Shown: positions 46,186 to 56,568 of the stretch, in pieces
Layout of the letters: every line of letters starts with the position of its first letter
Numbering within the stretch: position 1 is the first letter of the stretch
Source: a bacterium
Lineage (GTDB): Bacteria; J088; JAWLBW01
DNA: 64,000 nucleotides
Reading direction: 5' to 3'
NCBI GenBank assembly: GCA_041690355.1
Contig: JAWLHK010000002.1
Coordinates: forward strand, 1-64,000
Notes under the pieces: generated by a model
Database searches by the model: none
Told to the model about the DNA's origin: nothing
What the model saw: the letters and a program-made list of their open reading frames with translations, nothing else
Program-made: the position numbers and the translations under genes

Positions 46186-46241
46186 GTCTTACTCTTACTG
46201 GTATTACTCCAATAATAGTCGGAGGGTCATCAGTGTGTCAA
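46186..46241 (-). promoter_or_regulatory. Sigma70 promoter and operator-like repeats of the third TA pair
   Basis: Minus strand TTGACA-18 bp-TATTAT, followed by GTAATAC, GTAAGA and GTAAGAC directly before the ATG. Confidence 0.7.
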
Positions 46242-46673
46242 TGCTACGCGGCGCCTCCGTTCACGTGCTTTGGTTCGCCGGATGCACGGAGTGGAGGTGC
46301 GCTACGGTGAGCTGTTCCTTCGAGACCGAACCATCGCATCGAGGGCTCCGATTGCGCCCGGGGTCGCGGATGGGGGTTCAGGAAGCGAGCCCCCGAGGGG
46401 CGGCTTATGGTAGCCCGGGCGGACGTGATCTCCCGCGCACACCACTGTTTCACAGGAGCACAATCGCTCCGCTTTGTGTTTCGCTCCGGGGAGCCGCTCC
46501 GTGGGCACGGCCGCCTTCGGCACGCCCCTTGCTCTCTCCGAGAGGTAAAGTAGACCGAGCACTCGCCGGTCGAGCGCCCGGAGAACGGACGCGCACCGGT
46601 TTGTAAATTCCGTCTCCCCTTCACAATGAGGATGGGAACCTGCGCGAAATTCGGGAGGGATGGGGAGATGGCC

Positions 46674-49163
46674 ATGAAGAAGTGGATCCGGCAGTTCGAG
46701 GACCTGGGCATGAATGACGTTCCGGTGGTGGGGGGCAAGAACGCCTCGCTGGGCGAAATGATCCGTGAACTTTCGCCCCTCGGCGTGAACGTGCCCGGCG
46801 GGTTCGCGGTAACCGCCGAGGCATACCGCTACTTTCTCCGCGAATCGGGGGCCGAGGCGAAACTGCGCGAGCTGCTTGGCGATCGGGAGCGCAGCGTCGA
46901 GACCCTGCTCGCCAACAGCCAGACCATCCAGGGGCTGCTGGTGGCGGCCGAACTTCCGCCCGATCTCGGTGCCGAGATCGACGACGCCTATCACGCCATG
47001 GCCGAACGGTACGGGCGCGAAGACCTCGACGTCGCCGTGCGCTCGTCGGCGACCGCCGAGGATCTCCCGACCGCGAGCTTCGCCGGACAGCAGGAGACCT
47101 ACCTGAACATCCGCGGCGTCGACGCTCTGAAGACGGCCGTGAAGCGCTGCTTCGCCAGCCTCTTCACGCCGCGCTCGATCAACTACCGCGAAGACATGGG
47201 CTTCGGGCACTTCGACGTGGCCCTCTCGGTCGGCGTCCAGAAGATGGTCCGCAGCGATCTGGCTTCGTCAGGGGTCATCTTCACGCTCGACACCGAGACG
47301 GGGCATCGCGGCTTCGTCATGGTGACCTCGAGCTGGGGGCTCGGCGAAAACGTCGTGCAGGGCAAGGTGACCCCCGACCAGTTCTACGTGCACAAGGGGA
47401 CCCTCGCAGAAGGATTCCGCCCGGTCGTGTGGAAGAAGCTGGGGACGAAGGAACTGCGCATGGTGTACGCGGCCGAGGGGCGCGAGCCGACGGTGAACGA
47501 GCCGGTGGCCGACCCCGATCGCCGCCGCTTTTCCCTCGCAGAAGACGATGTCCTCACCCTGGCACGGTGGGCGGTGCGCATCGAAGAGCACTACTCGAAG
47601 AGCCGCGGTTCCGATTCCCCCATGGATCTCGAGTGGGCGAAGGACGGCGAGACGGGCGAGCTCTTCATCGTGCAGGCGCGCCCCGAAACGGTGCACAGCC
47701 AGCGTACGGCGGGACGCTTCAAGGTGTTCCACCTGAAAGAGCAGGGGAGCCCTCTCGTGACCGGTGCGGCCATCGGCGACGCCATCGCGCAGGGTAAGGT
47801 ACGCGTCATCCACTCGCCCGAGGAGATCGGGCGCTTCCAGGAGGGCGAAGTGCTCGTGGCCGTGAACACCGATCCCGATTGGGAGCCGATCATGAAGAAG
47901 GCGGCCGCCATCGTGACCGATCACGGCGGAAGAACGTCGCACGCCGCCATCGTCTCGCGCGAGCTCGGCGTGCCGGCCCTCGTGGGCACGGGCAATGCCA
48001 CGTCGGCGCTCCGCGACGAACAGGAAGTCACCGTCTCGTGCGCCGAGGGGGATACGGGGAACGTGTACGAAGGCTCCCTTGCCTTCGACACCGAAGAGAT
48101 CGATGCCTCGACCCTGCCGCGGCCGCGCACGAAAATCATGCTCAACGTCGCGCAGCCCGACAAGGCGATCGGCTTGTCGCTGCTCCCTTCCGACGGCATC
48201 GGTCTGGCGCGCATGGAATTCGTTTTCAGCGGATGGGTCGGCGTACACCCGAAAGCCCTCCTTCATCCCGAGGACCAGCCCGACAACGTGCGTCCGGAGA
48301 TCGAACGGCTCACCGAAGGGTATTCCTCGGGAGCGGACTACTTCGTCGACAAACTGGCCCAGGGGATCGGAACCCTGGCGGCCGCCTTCTGGCCGCGCCC
48401 GGTGATCCTGCGGTTTTCGGACTTCAAGACCAACGAATACGCTTCGCTGGTCGGCGGCGCGCAGTACGAGCCGCAGGAAGAAAACCCCATGCTCGGCTGG
48501 CGGGGGGCGAGCCGCTATTATCACAAGGATTACAAGGAAGGCTTCCTGCTCGAAGTCGCGGCCGTGAAGCGGGTTCGCGAGGTGTTCGGGCTGACCAATC
48601 TCAAAGTCATGATCCCCTTCTGCCGCACGCCCGACGAGGGGGGCAAGGTGCTCGCGGTCATGCACGAAGGGGGCCTCGTGCGCGGCGAGAACGGCCTCGA
48701 GGTCTACGTCATGGCCGAAATTCCCTCGAACGTGCTGGCCGCCGACGAGTTCGCCATGATCTTCGACGGGTTCTCCATCGGTTCCAACGATCTGACGCAG
48801 CTCGTGCTCGGCGTCGACCGCGATTCGGCCACGGTAGCGCCGCTCTTCGACGAGCGCAATACGGCCGTCAAGCGGGCCTGCTCCATGCTGCTGCACACGG
48901 CGCACGCGGCGGGCCGCCCGGTGGGGATCTGCGGGCAGGCCCCGTCGGACTATCCCGACTTCGCTGCCTTTCTTGTCGAAGAAGGGATTCAGTCGATCAG
49001 TCTGAACCCCGACGCCTTGATTCGTACGACCCGCGAGATCCTGCGTGCCGAGGCCGGCCTGGACGTCGAAAAGCCGGCCTCCGATGCGATGCACACGCGA
49101 CCGCAAGGCAGAGGCCGGGAGGAATCGTCCCGGCAAGGTGCCGAAGGGGAGAGGCGGACCTGA
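46674..49163 (+). CDS. ppsA: Phosphoenolpyruvate synthase
   Basis: [76 protein letters not shown]. Alternative start at 46668. Confidence 0.96.
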   Translation: MKKWIRQFEDLGMNDVPVVGGKNASLGEMIRELSPLGVNVPGGFAVTAEAYRYFLRESGAEAKLRELLGDRERSVETLLANSQTIQGLLVAAELPPDLGAEIDDAYHAMAERYGREDLDVAVRSSATAEDLPTASFAGQQETYLNIRGVDALKTAVKRCFASLFTPRSINYREDMGFGHFDVALSVGVQKMVRSDLASSGVIFTLDTETGHRGFVMVTSSWGLGENVVQGKVTPDQFYVHKGTLAEGFRPVVWKKLGTKELRMVYAAEGREPTVNEPVADPDRRRFSLAEDDVLTLARWAVRIEEHYSKSRGSDSPMDLEWAKDGETGELFIVQARPETVHSQRTAGRFKVFHLKEQGSPLVTGAAIGDAIAQGKVRVIHSPEEIGRFQEGEVLVAVNTDPDWEPIMKKAAAIVTDHGGRTSHAAIVSRELGVPALVGTGNATSALRDEQEVTVSCAEGDTGNVYEGSLAFDTEEIDASTLPRPRTKIMLNVAQPDKAIGLSLLPSDGIGLARMEFVFSGWVGVHPKALLHPEDQPDNVRPEIERLTEGYSSGADYFVDKLAQGIGTLAAAFWPRPVILRFSDFKTNEYASLVGGAQYEPQEENPMLGWRGASRYYHKDYKEGFLLEVAAVKRVREVFGLTNLKVMIPFCRTPDEGGKVLAVMHEGGLVRGENGLEVYVMAEIPSNVLAADEFAMIFDGFSIGSNDLTQLVLGVDRDSATVAPLFDERNTAVKRACSMLLHTAHAAGRPVGICGQAPSDYPDFAAFLVEEGIQSISLNPDALIRTTREILRAEAGLDVEKPASDAMHTRPQGRGREESSRQGAEGERRT

Positions 49164-49165
49164 GC

Positions 49166-50929
49166 ATGGAACATCGTGGTCCGAAGCGTATCGAAAAGGG
49201 AACCCCGCGCATTCCGCCGAACCTTGCGGACTATGAGGCGCTCCGCCGTTCGTTCGGCTGGGACGACGCTCGCCGCGAACTGGCGGGACTCCTCGGCGGC
49301 GGACTGAACATGGGGTACGAAGCCGTGGACCGGCATGCCGACGGACCCCTCGCCGCCAAGCTCGCGATCCGCTGGCTGGACAAGGCGGGGGCAGTTCGCG
49401 ATTTCACCTTTGCGGATCTGAAAGCGCAGACCGGCCGGTTCGCGAACGTCCTAAAGAACCTCGGGGTCGAGAAGGGCGACCGCGTCTTCGTGCTCATGGG
49501 GCGCGTGCCCGAACTGTATTTCGCGGTGCTCGGCGCCCTGCGCCACGGGGCCGTGGTCTCGCCGCTCTTTTCCGCCTTCGGCCCCGAGCCGGTCAAAGCG
49601 CGCCTGACCATCGGTGCCGGAAAGGTTCTCGTCACCACCGCCACGCTGTACCGGCGCAAGGTGGAACCGGTGCGCGCCGAGCTGCCGACCCTGCAACACG
49701 TGCTGGTGCTCCCCGACGAGGGGGGAACGTTTCCCGAGGGAACCCTGAATCTGCTCGAGCTGCTCGCCGGCGCGCCGGAGGAATTCCAGACCGCCGCCAC
49801 GCAGCCCGAGGATCCGGCTCTGCTCCACTTCACGAGCGGCACCACTGGCAAACCGAAAGGGGCGTTGCACGTGCACGACGCCGTGACCGAGCATCGCATC
49901 ACCGGCCGCTGGGCGCTCGATCTGCACGACGACGACGTCTTCTGGTGCACGGCCGATCCGGGCTGGGTCACCGGCATGTCGTATGGGATTCTCTCCCCGT
50001 TGGCCAATGGCGTGACGAGCATCGTCGACGAGGCCGACTTTGACGCCAGACGCTGGTACCGGATTCTGGCGGAACAGAAAGTAAGCGTCTGGTACACGGC
50101 GCCCACTGCTATCCGCATGATGATGAAGGCGGGGGCCGACCTGGCGAAGCAGCAGACCTTTCCGGCGTTGCGCTTCATCGCCAGCGTGGGCGAGCCGCTC
50201 AATCCCGAAGCGGTCTTCTGGGGACTCGATGCCTTCGGCCTTCCCATCCACGACAACTGGTGGCAGACGGAGACGGGGGGCATCATGATCGCCAATTTCG
50301 CCGCCCTCGACATCAAGCCCGGTTCCATGGGCCGCCCGATTCCCGGCGTCGAGGTCATGCTCGCCAAACGCGACGAGGCGGGGAACGTGTCGCCGGTGAC
50401 GAAGCCGGGCGAAGAGGGGGAGATCGCCATCCGCACGGGATGGCCCTCCATGTTCCGCACCTACCTTCACGAGGAAGAACGCTATCGCAAGTGCTTTGCC
50501 GGCGACTGGTACTTCTCGGGCGACCTGGCGACCTGCGACGCCGAGGGGTACTTCTGGTTCATGGGGCGCGTCGACGACGTCATCAAATCCGCCGGGCACC
50601 TGATCGGTCCCTTCGAGGTCGAGAGCGCGCTCATGGAGCATCCCGCCGTGGCCGAGGCGGGGGTCATCGGCAAGCCGGAACCGGTGGCCGGCGAAATCGT
50701 GAAAGCCTTCGTCGCCCTCAAGCACGGCTATGAAGACACGCCGGCCCTGCACCGCGACCTGCTCGGGTTCGCGCGCAAGCGGCTCGGCCCGGCCGTGGCG
50801 CCGCGGGAGATCGACATCGTTCCCACGCTCCCCCGCACGCGCAGCGGCAAGATCATGCGGCGCCTGCTCAAGGCCCGCGAACTGGGACTTCCCGAAGGGG
50901 ACACTTCGACACTGGAGAGCGGCGCATGA
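49166..50929 (+). CDS. acsA: Acetate--CoA ligase
   Basis: [60 protein letters not shown]. The real start is 2 nt after the ppsA stop. Confidence 0.93.
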   Translation: MEHRGPKRIEKGTPRIPPNLADYEALRRSFGWDDARRELAGLLGGGLNMGYEAVDRHADGPLAAKLAIRWLDKAGAVRDFTFADLKAQTGRFANVLKNLGVEKGDRVFVLMGRVPELYFAVLGALRHGAVVSPLFSAFGPEPVKARLTIGAGKVLVTTATLYRRKVEPVRAELPTLQHVLVLPDEGGTFPEGTLNLLELLAGAPEEFQTAATQPEDPALLHFTSGTTGKPKGALHVHDAVTEHRITGRWALDLHDDDVFWCTADPGWVTGMSYGILSPLANGVTSIVDEADFDARRWYRILAEQKVSVWYTAPTAIRMMMKAGADLAKQQTFPALRFIASVGEPLNPEAVFWGLDAFGLPIHDNWWQTETGGIMIANFAALDIKPGSMGRPIPGVEVMLAKRDEAGNVSPVTKPGEEGEIAIRTGWPSMFRTYLHEEERYRKCFAGDWYFSGDLATCDAEGYFWFMGRVDDVIKSAGHLIGPFEVESALMEHPAVAEAGVIGKPEPVAGEIVKAFVALKHGYEDTPALHRDLLGFARKRLGPAVAPREIDIVPTLPRTRSGKIMRRLLKARELGLPEGDTSTLESGA

Positions 50930-51912
50930 GCCAGCCACGCGCGACCCGCGAAGAAGAACACCGGCTGCTCGGCGACATGCTGCGCATCCGCCGGTTCGAA
51001 GAGAAGTGCGCCGAGAAGTATACGGAGGGGAAGATTCGCGGTTTTCTTCACCTGTACATCGGCGAAGAAGCCATCGCCGCCGGGGCCCATGCCGCGCTGG
51101 AGGAAGGGGACAACGTGCTCACGACGTACCGCGAACACGGTCACGCGTTGTTGCGCGGCGTTCCGGCCGACCGCATCATGGCCGAAATGTACGGCAAATA
51201 CGAAGGGTGCAGCCGGGGACGCGGCGGATCGATGCACCTGTTCGATGTCTCGAAACGCTTCTACGGCGGCAACGCCATCGTCGCGGGGCATCTCCCCATT
51301 GCCGTCGGTCTGGCGCTCGCCGACCGGATGAAGAACCGCGCCCAGCTGACGGCCTGCTTCTTCGGCGAAGGGGCGATGGCCGAGGGGGCCTTCCACGAAT
51401 CGATGAACCTCGCGGCCCTGTGGAAGCTGCCGGTGCTCTTTCTCTGCGAAAACAATTATTACGCCATGGGGACGGCGCTCGCGCGATCGGAATCGCAGCT
51501 CGACCTGTGCGCCAAGGCCCGCTCCTACAACGTACCGGCCGAGTCGGTCGACGGCATGGACGTGACCGCGGTAGCCGAAGCCGTGCACTATGCGGGCGGG
51601 CGGGTACGGAGCGGCGAGGGTCCGATGTTCCTTGAGTTCCGCACCTATCGCTTCCGCGCCCACTCGATGTTCGATGCGGAGCTATACCGTGACAAGGGCG
51701 AGGTGAAGGAAGCGAAGAAACGGGATCCCATCCAGCTCTTTTCCGAGCGCCTGCGGGCGGCGGGGCGGCTGACCGACGAGGAATACGCGAAGCTCGACAC
51801 GCAGGCGAACGAAGAAGTCGAAGCGGCCGTCGCCTTCGCCGAGCGGGGGACGTGGGAGCCGGTCGAGGACCTGACCCGCGATGTCTACTGCCGGGAGGTG
51901 AACTGTGGCTGA
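50926..51912 (+). CDS. pdhA: Pyruvate/2-oxoacid dehydrogenase E1 alpha subunit
   Basis: [28 protein letters not shown] motif FFGEGA...[12 protein letters not shown]. Confidence 0.93.
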   Translation: MSQPRATREEEHRLLGDMLRIRRFEEKCAEKYTEGKIRGFLHLYIGEEAIAAGAHAALEEGDNVLTTYREHGHALLRGVPADRIMAEMYGKYEGCSRGRGGSMHLFDVSKRFYGGNAIVAGHLPIAVGLALADRMKNRAQLTACFFGEGAMAEGAFHESMNLAALWKLPVLFLCENNYYAMGTALARSESQLDLCAKARSYNVPAESVDGMDVTAVAEAVHYAGGRVRSGEGPMFLEFRTYRFRAHSMFDAELYRDKGEVKEAKKRDPIQLFSERLRAAGRLTDEEYAKLDTQANEEVEAAVAFAERGTWEPVEDLTRDVYCREVNCG

Positions 51913-52915
51913 GAAGGCAGGCGAATCGTCCGGCGCCCCGCAGCGCATGACCTACCGCGAAGCCGTGCGCCAGGCGCTGCGCGAGGCCCTCGCGGGGGAC
52001 CCGAACGTGTTTCTCATGGGCGAAGACGTCGGGATGTACGGGGGAACCTATGCGGCCAGCAAGGGGCTCATCGAGGAGTTCGGTCCCGAACGCGTTCGCG
52101 ATGCGCCGCTCTCCGAGGTCGGCTTCACCGGCGCGGGGGTCGGCGCCGCGCTGGGCGGCGTACGTCCTATCGTCGAGATCATGACGGTGAACTTCGCGCT
52201 GCTGGCCCTCGATCAGATCGTGAACAATGCGGCGACCCTGCGGCACATGTGCGGCGGCCAGGTGAGCGTGCCGCTCGTCATCCGCATGGCGACCGGCGCG
52301 GGCAGGCAGCTTGCCGCCCAGCACTCGCACAGCCTCGAGGGCTGGCTCGCCCACGTTCCGGGGATTCGCGTGGTTGCGCCCGCGACCGTCAGCGACGCGC
52401 GCACGATGCTGCGGGCCGCGCTCGACGACCCCGATCCCGTCATCATTGCGGAACATGCGACGCTCTACAACGTGGAGGAGGAACTCGACCCCGCGGTGAA
52501 GCCCGACATCGATCACGCGGTCGTGCGCCGGCCCGGCAAGGACCTGTCGCTGATCACGTATGGAGGAATGCTGCGGCGCACCCTCGACGCCGCCACAGAG
52601 CTGGCCGGGGAGGGGATCGACGCCGAAGTGCTCGACCTGCGCACGCTGCGGCCGCTCGACGAGAAGGCCATCCTCGACACGGTGCGCAAGACGAAGCGCG
52701 CCGTCATCATTGACGAAGCCTGGCGCAGCGGGAGCCTTTCCGCCGAAATCTCAGCGCGTCTTCACGAACGTCTTTTCTACGAACTCGAGGCTCCGGTGGC
52801 CCGCGTCTGCGGCGCCGAAACGCCGATCCCTTACCCGAAGCACCTCGAAGAGGCCGCCGTGCCGCAGACACCCACTATCGTCGCCGAGGTCAAGCGGCTC
52901 ATGGGGCGCACATGA
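51905..52915 (+). CDS. pdhB: Pyruvate/2-oxoacid dehydrogenase E1 beta subunit
   Basis: [47 protein letters not shown]. Confidence 0.92.
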   Translation: MAEKAGESSGAPQRMTYREAVRQALREALAGDPNVFLMGEDVGMYGGTYAASKGLIEEFGPERVRDAPLSEVGFTGAGVGAALGGVRPIVEIMTVNFALLALDQIVNNAATLRHMCGGQVSVPLVIRMATGAGRQLAAQHSHSLEGWLAHVPGIRVVAPATVSDARTMLRAALDDPDPVIIAEHATLYNVEEELDPAVKPDIDHAVVRRPGKDLSLITYGGMLRRTLDAATELAGEGIDAEVLDLRTLRPLDEKAILDTVRKTKRAVIIDEAWRSGSLSAEISARLHERLFYELEAPVARVCGAETPIPYPKHLEEAAVPQTPTIVAEVKRLMGRT

Positions 52916-54189
52916 AGGAATTCCGCATGCCCTCGCTCGGGGCCGACATGGACGCCGGGACCCTTGCGGAGTGGTCCGTGAAGCCGGGCGATCGCGTCTC
53001 GAAGGGCGACATCGTCGCCGTCGTCGAGACCGACAAAGGGGCCATCGAAGTGGAGTGCTTCGACGAGGGCATCGTCGATACGCTGCTGGTGGAACCGGGG
53101 ACGCGCGTGCCGGTGGGTACCGCGATGGCCATGCTGCGGTCCCCCGAAGAGGATTCCGCTGCCGCACCCCCGGCGCCGGCGGCCGCGGAGCCTGCCCGTG
53201 CCGAGCCGGAGGCTCTTCCCCAAATCCCTGAGGCGGCGCCGGCGGAACCCGCCGCCGCCCCGCCCGAAGTTCCGCCCGTGGCCGAGCGGCCGCAACCGGA
53301 AGGTCCTTCCGTGCCGAAGGAGGAAGCGGGGATCCGTGCGGTGCCCGGCGCGCGCAAACTGGCCGCCGAAGCCGGGGTCGAACTGCGCGACGTGCGCGGA
53401 ACCGGCGAAGAGGGTTCCATCACCCGGGCCGACGTCGAGCGCCATCTGGCCGCGCGCAAGCCGCGCGAAGTTCCGCCGGCGAAAGCGGACCCGGCCGTCG
53501 ATCGGCAGGCCGCCATGCGACGGGCCATCGCCGCGGCCATGGCCAAGGCGAATCGCGAAATTCCGCATTACTACCTGAGCGACAATATCGACGTCACCGA
53601 AACGCTGCGCTGGCTCGAAGCGCGCAACGCCGAAAAGCCGCTGCGGGAGCGGGTGCTGGCGGGGGTTCTCTTTCTCAAGGCGGTGGCGATGGCCGCGAAG
53701 CGCGTCCCCGAGGTCAACGGTTTCTGGAAGGACGACCATTTCGAACCTTCTGCCGCCGTGCACGCGGGGGCCGCCATCGCGCTGCGCCAGGGCGGGCTCG
53801 TCGCCCCCGCCATTCGCGATGCCGACCGGCTGACGATCGACGAACTCATGCAGAAGCTCGCCGATCTCATCGGGCGCACCCGCAGAGGGGGGCTGCGCAG
53901 CTCGGAGCTGAGCGACGCGACGATCACGGTGACGAGTCTCGGCGATCTCGGCGTCGAGACGGTGTGGGGGGTGATCTATCCGCCGCAGGTTGCTCTGGTC
54001 GGATTCGGGGCGCCGGTCGAACGACCGTGGATCCACGAGGGGGAGCTTGCCATCCGCAAGGTGGTCACGGTGACGCTGGCCGCCGACCACCGGGCCAGCG
54101 ACGGCCTGCGCGGCGCCAAATTTCTCCAGCTCGTGAAGCGCTATCTGGCGCGTCCTGAGCACTTGGAAGAAACGGAAGGGACGACATGA
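52912..54189 (+). CDS. Dihydrolipoamide acyltransferase (E2)
   Basis: One lipoyl domain ([10 protein letters not shown]), Pro/Ala linker, E1/E3-binding [13 protein letters not shown], catalytic DHRASDG. Confidence 0.92.
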   Translation: MKEFRMPSLGADMDAGTLAEWSVKPGDRVSKGDIVAVVETDKGAIEVECFDEGIVDTLLVEPGTRVPVGTAMAMLRSPEEDSAAAPPAPAAAEPARAEPEALPQIPEAAPAEPAAAPPEVPPVAERPQPEGPSVPKEEAGIRAVPGARKLAAEAGVELRDVRGTGEEGSITRADVERHLAARKPREVPPAKADPAVDRQAAMRRAIAAAMAKANREIPHYYLSDNIDVTETLRWLEARNAEKPLRERVLAGVLFLKAVAMAAKRVPEVNGFWKDDHFEPSAAVHAGAAIALRQGGLVAPAIRDADRLTIDELMQKLADLIGRTRRGGLRSSELSDATITVTSLGDLGVETVWGVIYPPQVALVGFGAPVERPWIHEGELAIRKVVTVTLAADHRASDGLRGAKFLQLVKRYLARPEHLEETEGTT

Positions 54190-54443
54190 CGCGTGAAGAA
54201 ATCCGCAAGGCGTTCGAGACGGCGCTCGGCGAGATCGCGCCGGAGATCGACCTGTCGACCATCGACCCGGCGCGCTCCTTCCGCGAGCAGGCCGAGATCG
54301 ACTCCTTCGACAATCTGAACCTGCTCATCCGCCTGCACGAGCTGACGGGCGTCGAAATTCCGGAATCCGACTACGACCAGATCCAGACGCTGGACGGCCT
54401 GATCGACTACGTGAAGTCACGAGTTACGAGTGACGGGAATTGA
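54186..54443 (+). CDS. Acyl carrier protein
   Basis: 85 aa, acidic, IDSFD phosphopantetheine site, GVEIPESDY...TLDGLIDYV. Overlaps the E2 stop (ATGA). Confidence 0.88.
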   Translation: MTREEIRKAFETALGEIAPEIDLSTIDPARSFREQAEIDSFDNLNLLIRLHELTGVEIPESDYDQIQTLDGLIDYVKSRVTSDGN

Positions 54444-54636
54444 CGATTTACAATTTACGATTGACGATTTACCGGCAAGTACCTGTGAGCACCCTTGTCC
54501 GTTCGTCCCGAGCTGACCGACCGGAACAGGATGGAGGTCGACAGCGAGGGAGCGCGCCTGGGTACCCCCGCGCCTGTCTCGCCGTCGTTCAGGCTCTGCC
54601 TTCACCGTCGGCTCGACACGAACGGGCAAGGGGGAC
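54439..54636. repeat. ~200-bp palindromic MITE/REP-like element, copy 2
   Basis: (ATT[TG]AC[GA])x4 plus GGCAAGTACC at 54474. 15-bp arms 54492-54506/54618-54632 close a long imperfect hairpin with GGGTACCC near its centre. Confidence 0.9.
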
Positions 54637-54662
54637 GGGTCGGCCATTGGCCATACCATTCC

Positions 54663-55136
54663 TTATCCAGCTTGCAGTTCCCCGAACCGCTCGGCGAGCA
54701 CGCGGCGGCGGAAGTCGAAGATTTGCTCCAGCTGCGGACGCACGATCCACGGTTCCACCAGCCGTCCCAGGGGACCGAACGGAAGCCGGTAGTGCACGAT
54801 GTCTTCCATCTCGACGCCCCCGTCGAGCGGCTGCAGGCGGTGCTGGTGGTGCCAGAAGGCGTAGGGGCCGACGCGCTGCTCATCCACGAAGAAGTAGGGA
54901 GCATCCACGTGCGTGATCTCGGTGACCCAGTGCACGGGAATGTCGAGCAGCGGCCGCACCGTGTACTCGATGATCTGGCCGGCGAAGGTCGTGGCGCCCG
55001 GGTCGCGCAGGACCGTGAAGCGCATGGCCGGCGGCGTAATCCGCGCAAGGTTGTGCGGATCGCAGAAAAAGGCCCACGCGTCTTCAAGCGGAACGCGCAG
55101 GCGCTGACGGCGGTGAAGACGGTGCAGCGCGGGCAT
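54663..55136 (-). CDS. SRPBCC-family protein
   Basis: AWAFFCDPHNLARITPP, WVTEIT, FVDEQRVGPYAFWHHQH, IFDFRR. Confidence 0.88.
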   Translation of the reverse strand: MPALHRLHRRQRLRVPLEDAWAFFCDPHNLARITPPAMRFTVLRDPGATTFAGQIIEYTVRPLLDIPVHWVTEITHVDAPYFFVDEQRVGPYAFWHHQHRLQPLDGGVEMEDIVHYRLPFGPLGRLVEPWIVRPQLEQIFDFRRRVLAERFGELQAG

Positions 55137-55231
55137 GGGTTCAGCCTGAGGCGCGGCGGCGGAATCGTCAAGCCGTCCCTGAATGTTTTGCATCGAAGGG
55201 CCCAGGGGCTCCTCCAGTTTCGCCGTCTCTC

Positions 55232-55384
55232 CTAGTGCGCTTCCCGTGCCGATTGCCCCTGGGCCGCCGTTCGAGTGTCCGGGACAGAGTCCCGGTCGAC
55301 TACCTTGCCGACGAAGGCGAGCGTAACGAGCGTGAAAAGCGCCAGAATGAACCAGTCTGAGGGGCTGCGAAGCCGAGAGAACAT
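55232..55384 (-). CDS. Small single-TM membrane protein (50 aa)
   Basis: GAGGAG RBS, MFSRLRSPSDWFILALFTLVTLAFVGK... with one hydrophobic helix. Confidence 0.55.
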   Translation of the reverse strand: MFSRLRSPSDWFILALFTLVTLAFVGKVVDRDSVPDTRTAAQGQSAREAH

Positions 55385-55607
55385 GGGGCGAGTCTCCTCT
55401 TCCAGAAAGGGGGGGAATTGTGAAGACGGCGGCCCGGTTCTCCCAGGGAGTCTGTGCGGAATTCCCGGGCCGCGTCTCCTGGGATTCATTCTCGGTTACA
55501 GCGGCGGCGCCGGGTATGACATCGATCATAGGGGGCGCAGGCGCCTGCATTCCTGCCGTCTCTCTCGTAGAATTGCCCTCCGCCGACCGTCCGCGTACCA
55601 TGCAGGG

Positions 55608-56552
55608 ATGCACTTTGCGAACCTTTGCTCCGGCCATGTTTCCAGATGGAAGCGGGCGGCCTGCGCGGCCGTCCTTGTGCTGGCCGTCGGCGCCTGTACA
55701 GCGACGGAACCCGATCCGGTCGCGGGACCGAAGCTCGATCCGAATCCCTCGCTGACGATCGGCGGCGACCGGCCCGCCAAGGTCGTGCTCCCCGAGGACT
55801 ATTCGATTCACGCCAGGTATCCGCTCGTCGTTCTGCTGCACGGCTACGGCGCGAACGCCGAGGCGCAGGACTTCGTGTTTCACCTGCGGCGGCGGGTGAC
55901 CAAGCGGCAATTCATTCTCGTGCTTCCCGAGGGGAACCTCGATCCGACCGGCGCGCAGTACTGGAATTCGATGCCTGACTGCTGCGACCTGGGCCTGCCC
56001 AACGACATTGACGACGTCGCGTACCTGTCCGGCCTTCTCGACGAGGCGGCGGAGTTGTACGCGATCGACCCGGCGCGCGTGAACTTCGTCGGGCACTCGA
56101 ACGGCGGATACATGTCATACCGCATGGCTTGCGAAATTCCCGAGCGGATTCACGCCGTGGCCGTGCTGGCCGGTTCGGTCTTTCTCGATGAGGCCGACTG
56201 CAAGGGCACCGAGCCGGTCTCGGTCCTGCACATGCACGGCACGGCCGACGACGTCGTTCCCTATGAAGAGGACCTGGTGATGGAGCCCGGCGAGTTCCCC
56301 CTGATCACGGTGGGGGCCGAGGCCGCCGTCCAGCGCTGGGTCGACAAGGCCGGGTGCACGGGAAATCCCGCGACGGCGGCGGCCGATCTGCTGTCCGGAA
56401 TCGCGGGCGCCGAGACCGAGATGCGCACCTGGTCGACCTGCGCCGACGGGGTGACCGTCAGCCTCTGGCGCATGACGGGCGGCGACCATCTGGTGCTCGA
56501 CGTGAACGACACCTTCCGTGACGGGGTCGTCGACTTCCTGCTCGCCCCCTAG
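55608..56552 (+). CDS. PHB-depolymerase/LpqC-like esterase lipoprotein
   Basis: Lipobox AVGAC, PLVVLLHG, DDVAYL, IDPARV..GHSNGG, HMHGTADDVVP, GGDH. Confidence 0.88.
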   Translation: MHFANLCSGHVSRWKRAACAAVLVLAVGACTATEPDPVAGPKLDPNPSLTIGGDRPAKVVLPEDYSIHARYPLVVLLHGYGANAEAQDFVFHLRRRVTKRQFILVLPEGNLDPTGAQYWNSMPDCCDLGLPNDIDDVAYLSGLLDEAAELYAIDPARVNFVGHSNGGYMSYRMACEIPERIHAVAVLAGSVFLDEADCKGTEPVSVLHMHGTADDVVPYEEDLVMEPGEFPLITVGAEAAVQRWVDKAGCTGNPATAAADLLSGIAGAETEMRTWSTCADGVTVSLWRMTGGDHLVLDVNDTFRDGVVDFLLAP

Positions 56553-56568
56553 CGCCCCCTCCGGGGCC

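Noticed and set aside
47879-49165. Apparent N-terminal extension of AcsA (similarly PilT from 60898 and the methyltransferase from 61708)
   Set aside because: Out-of-frame or antisense overlap with real neighbouring genes. Homology-like sequence starts only at the downstream ATG.
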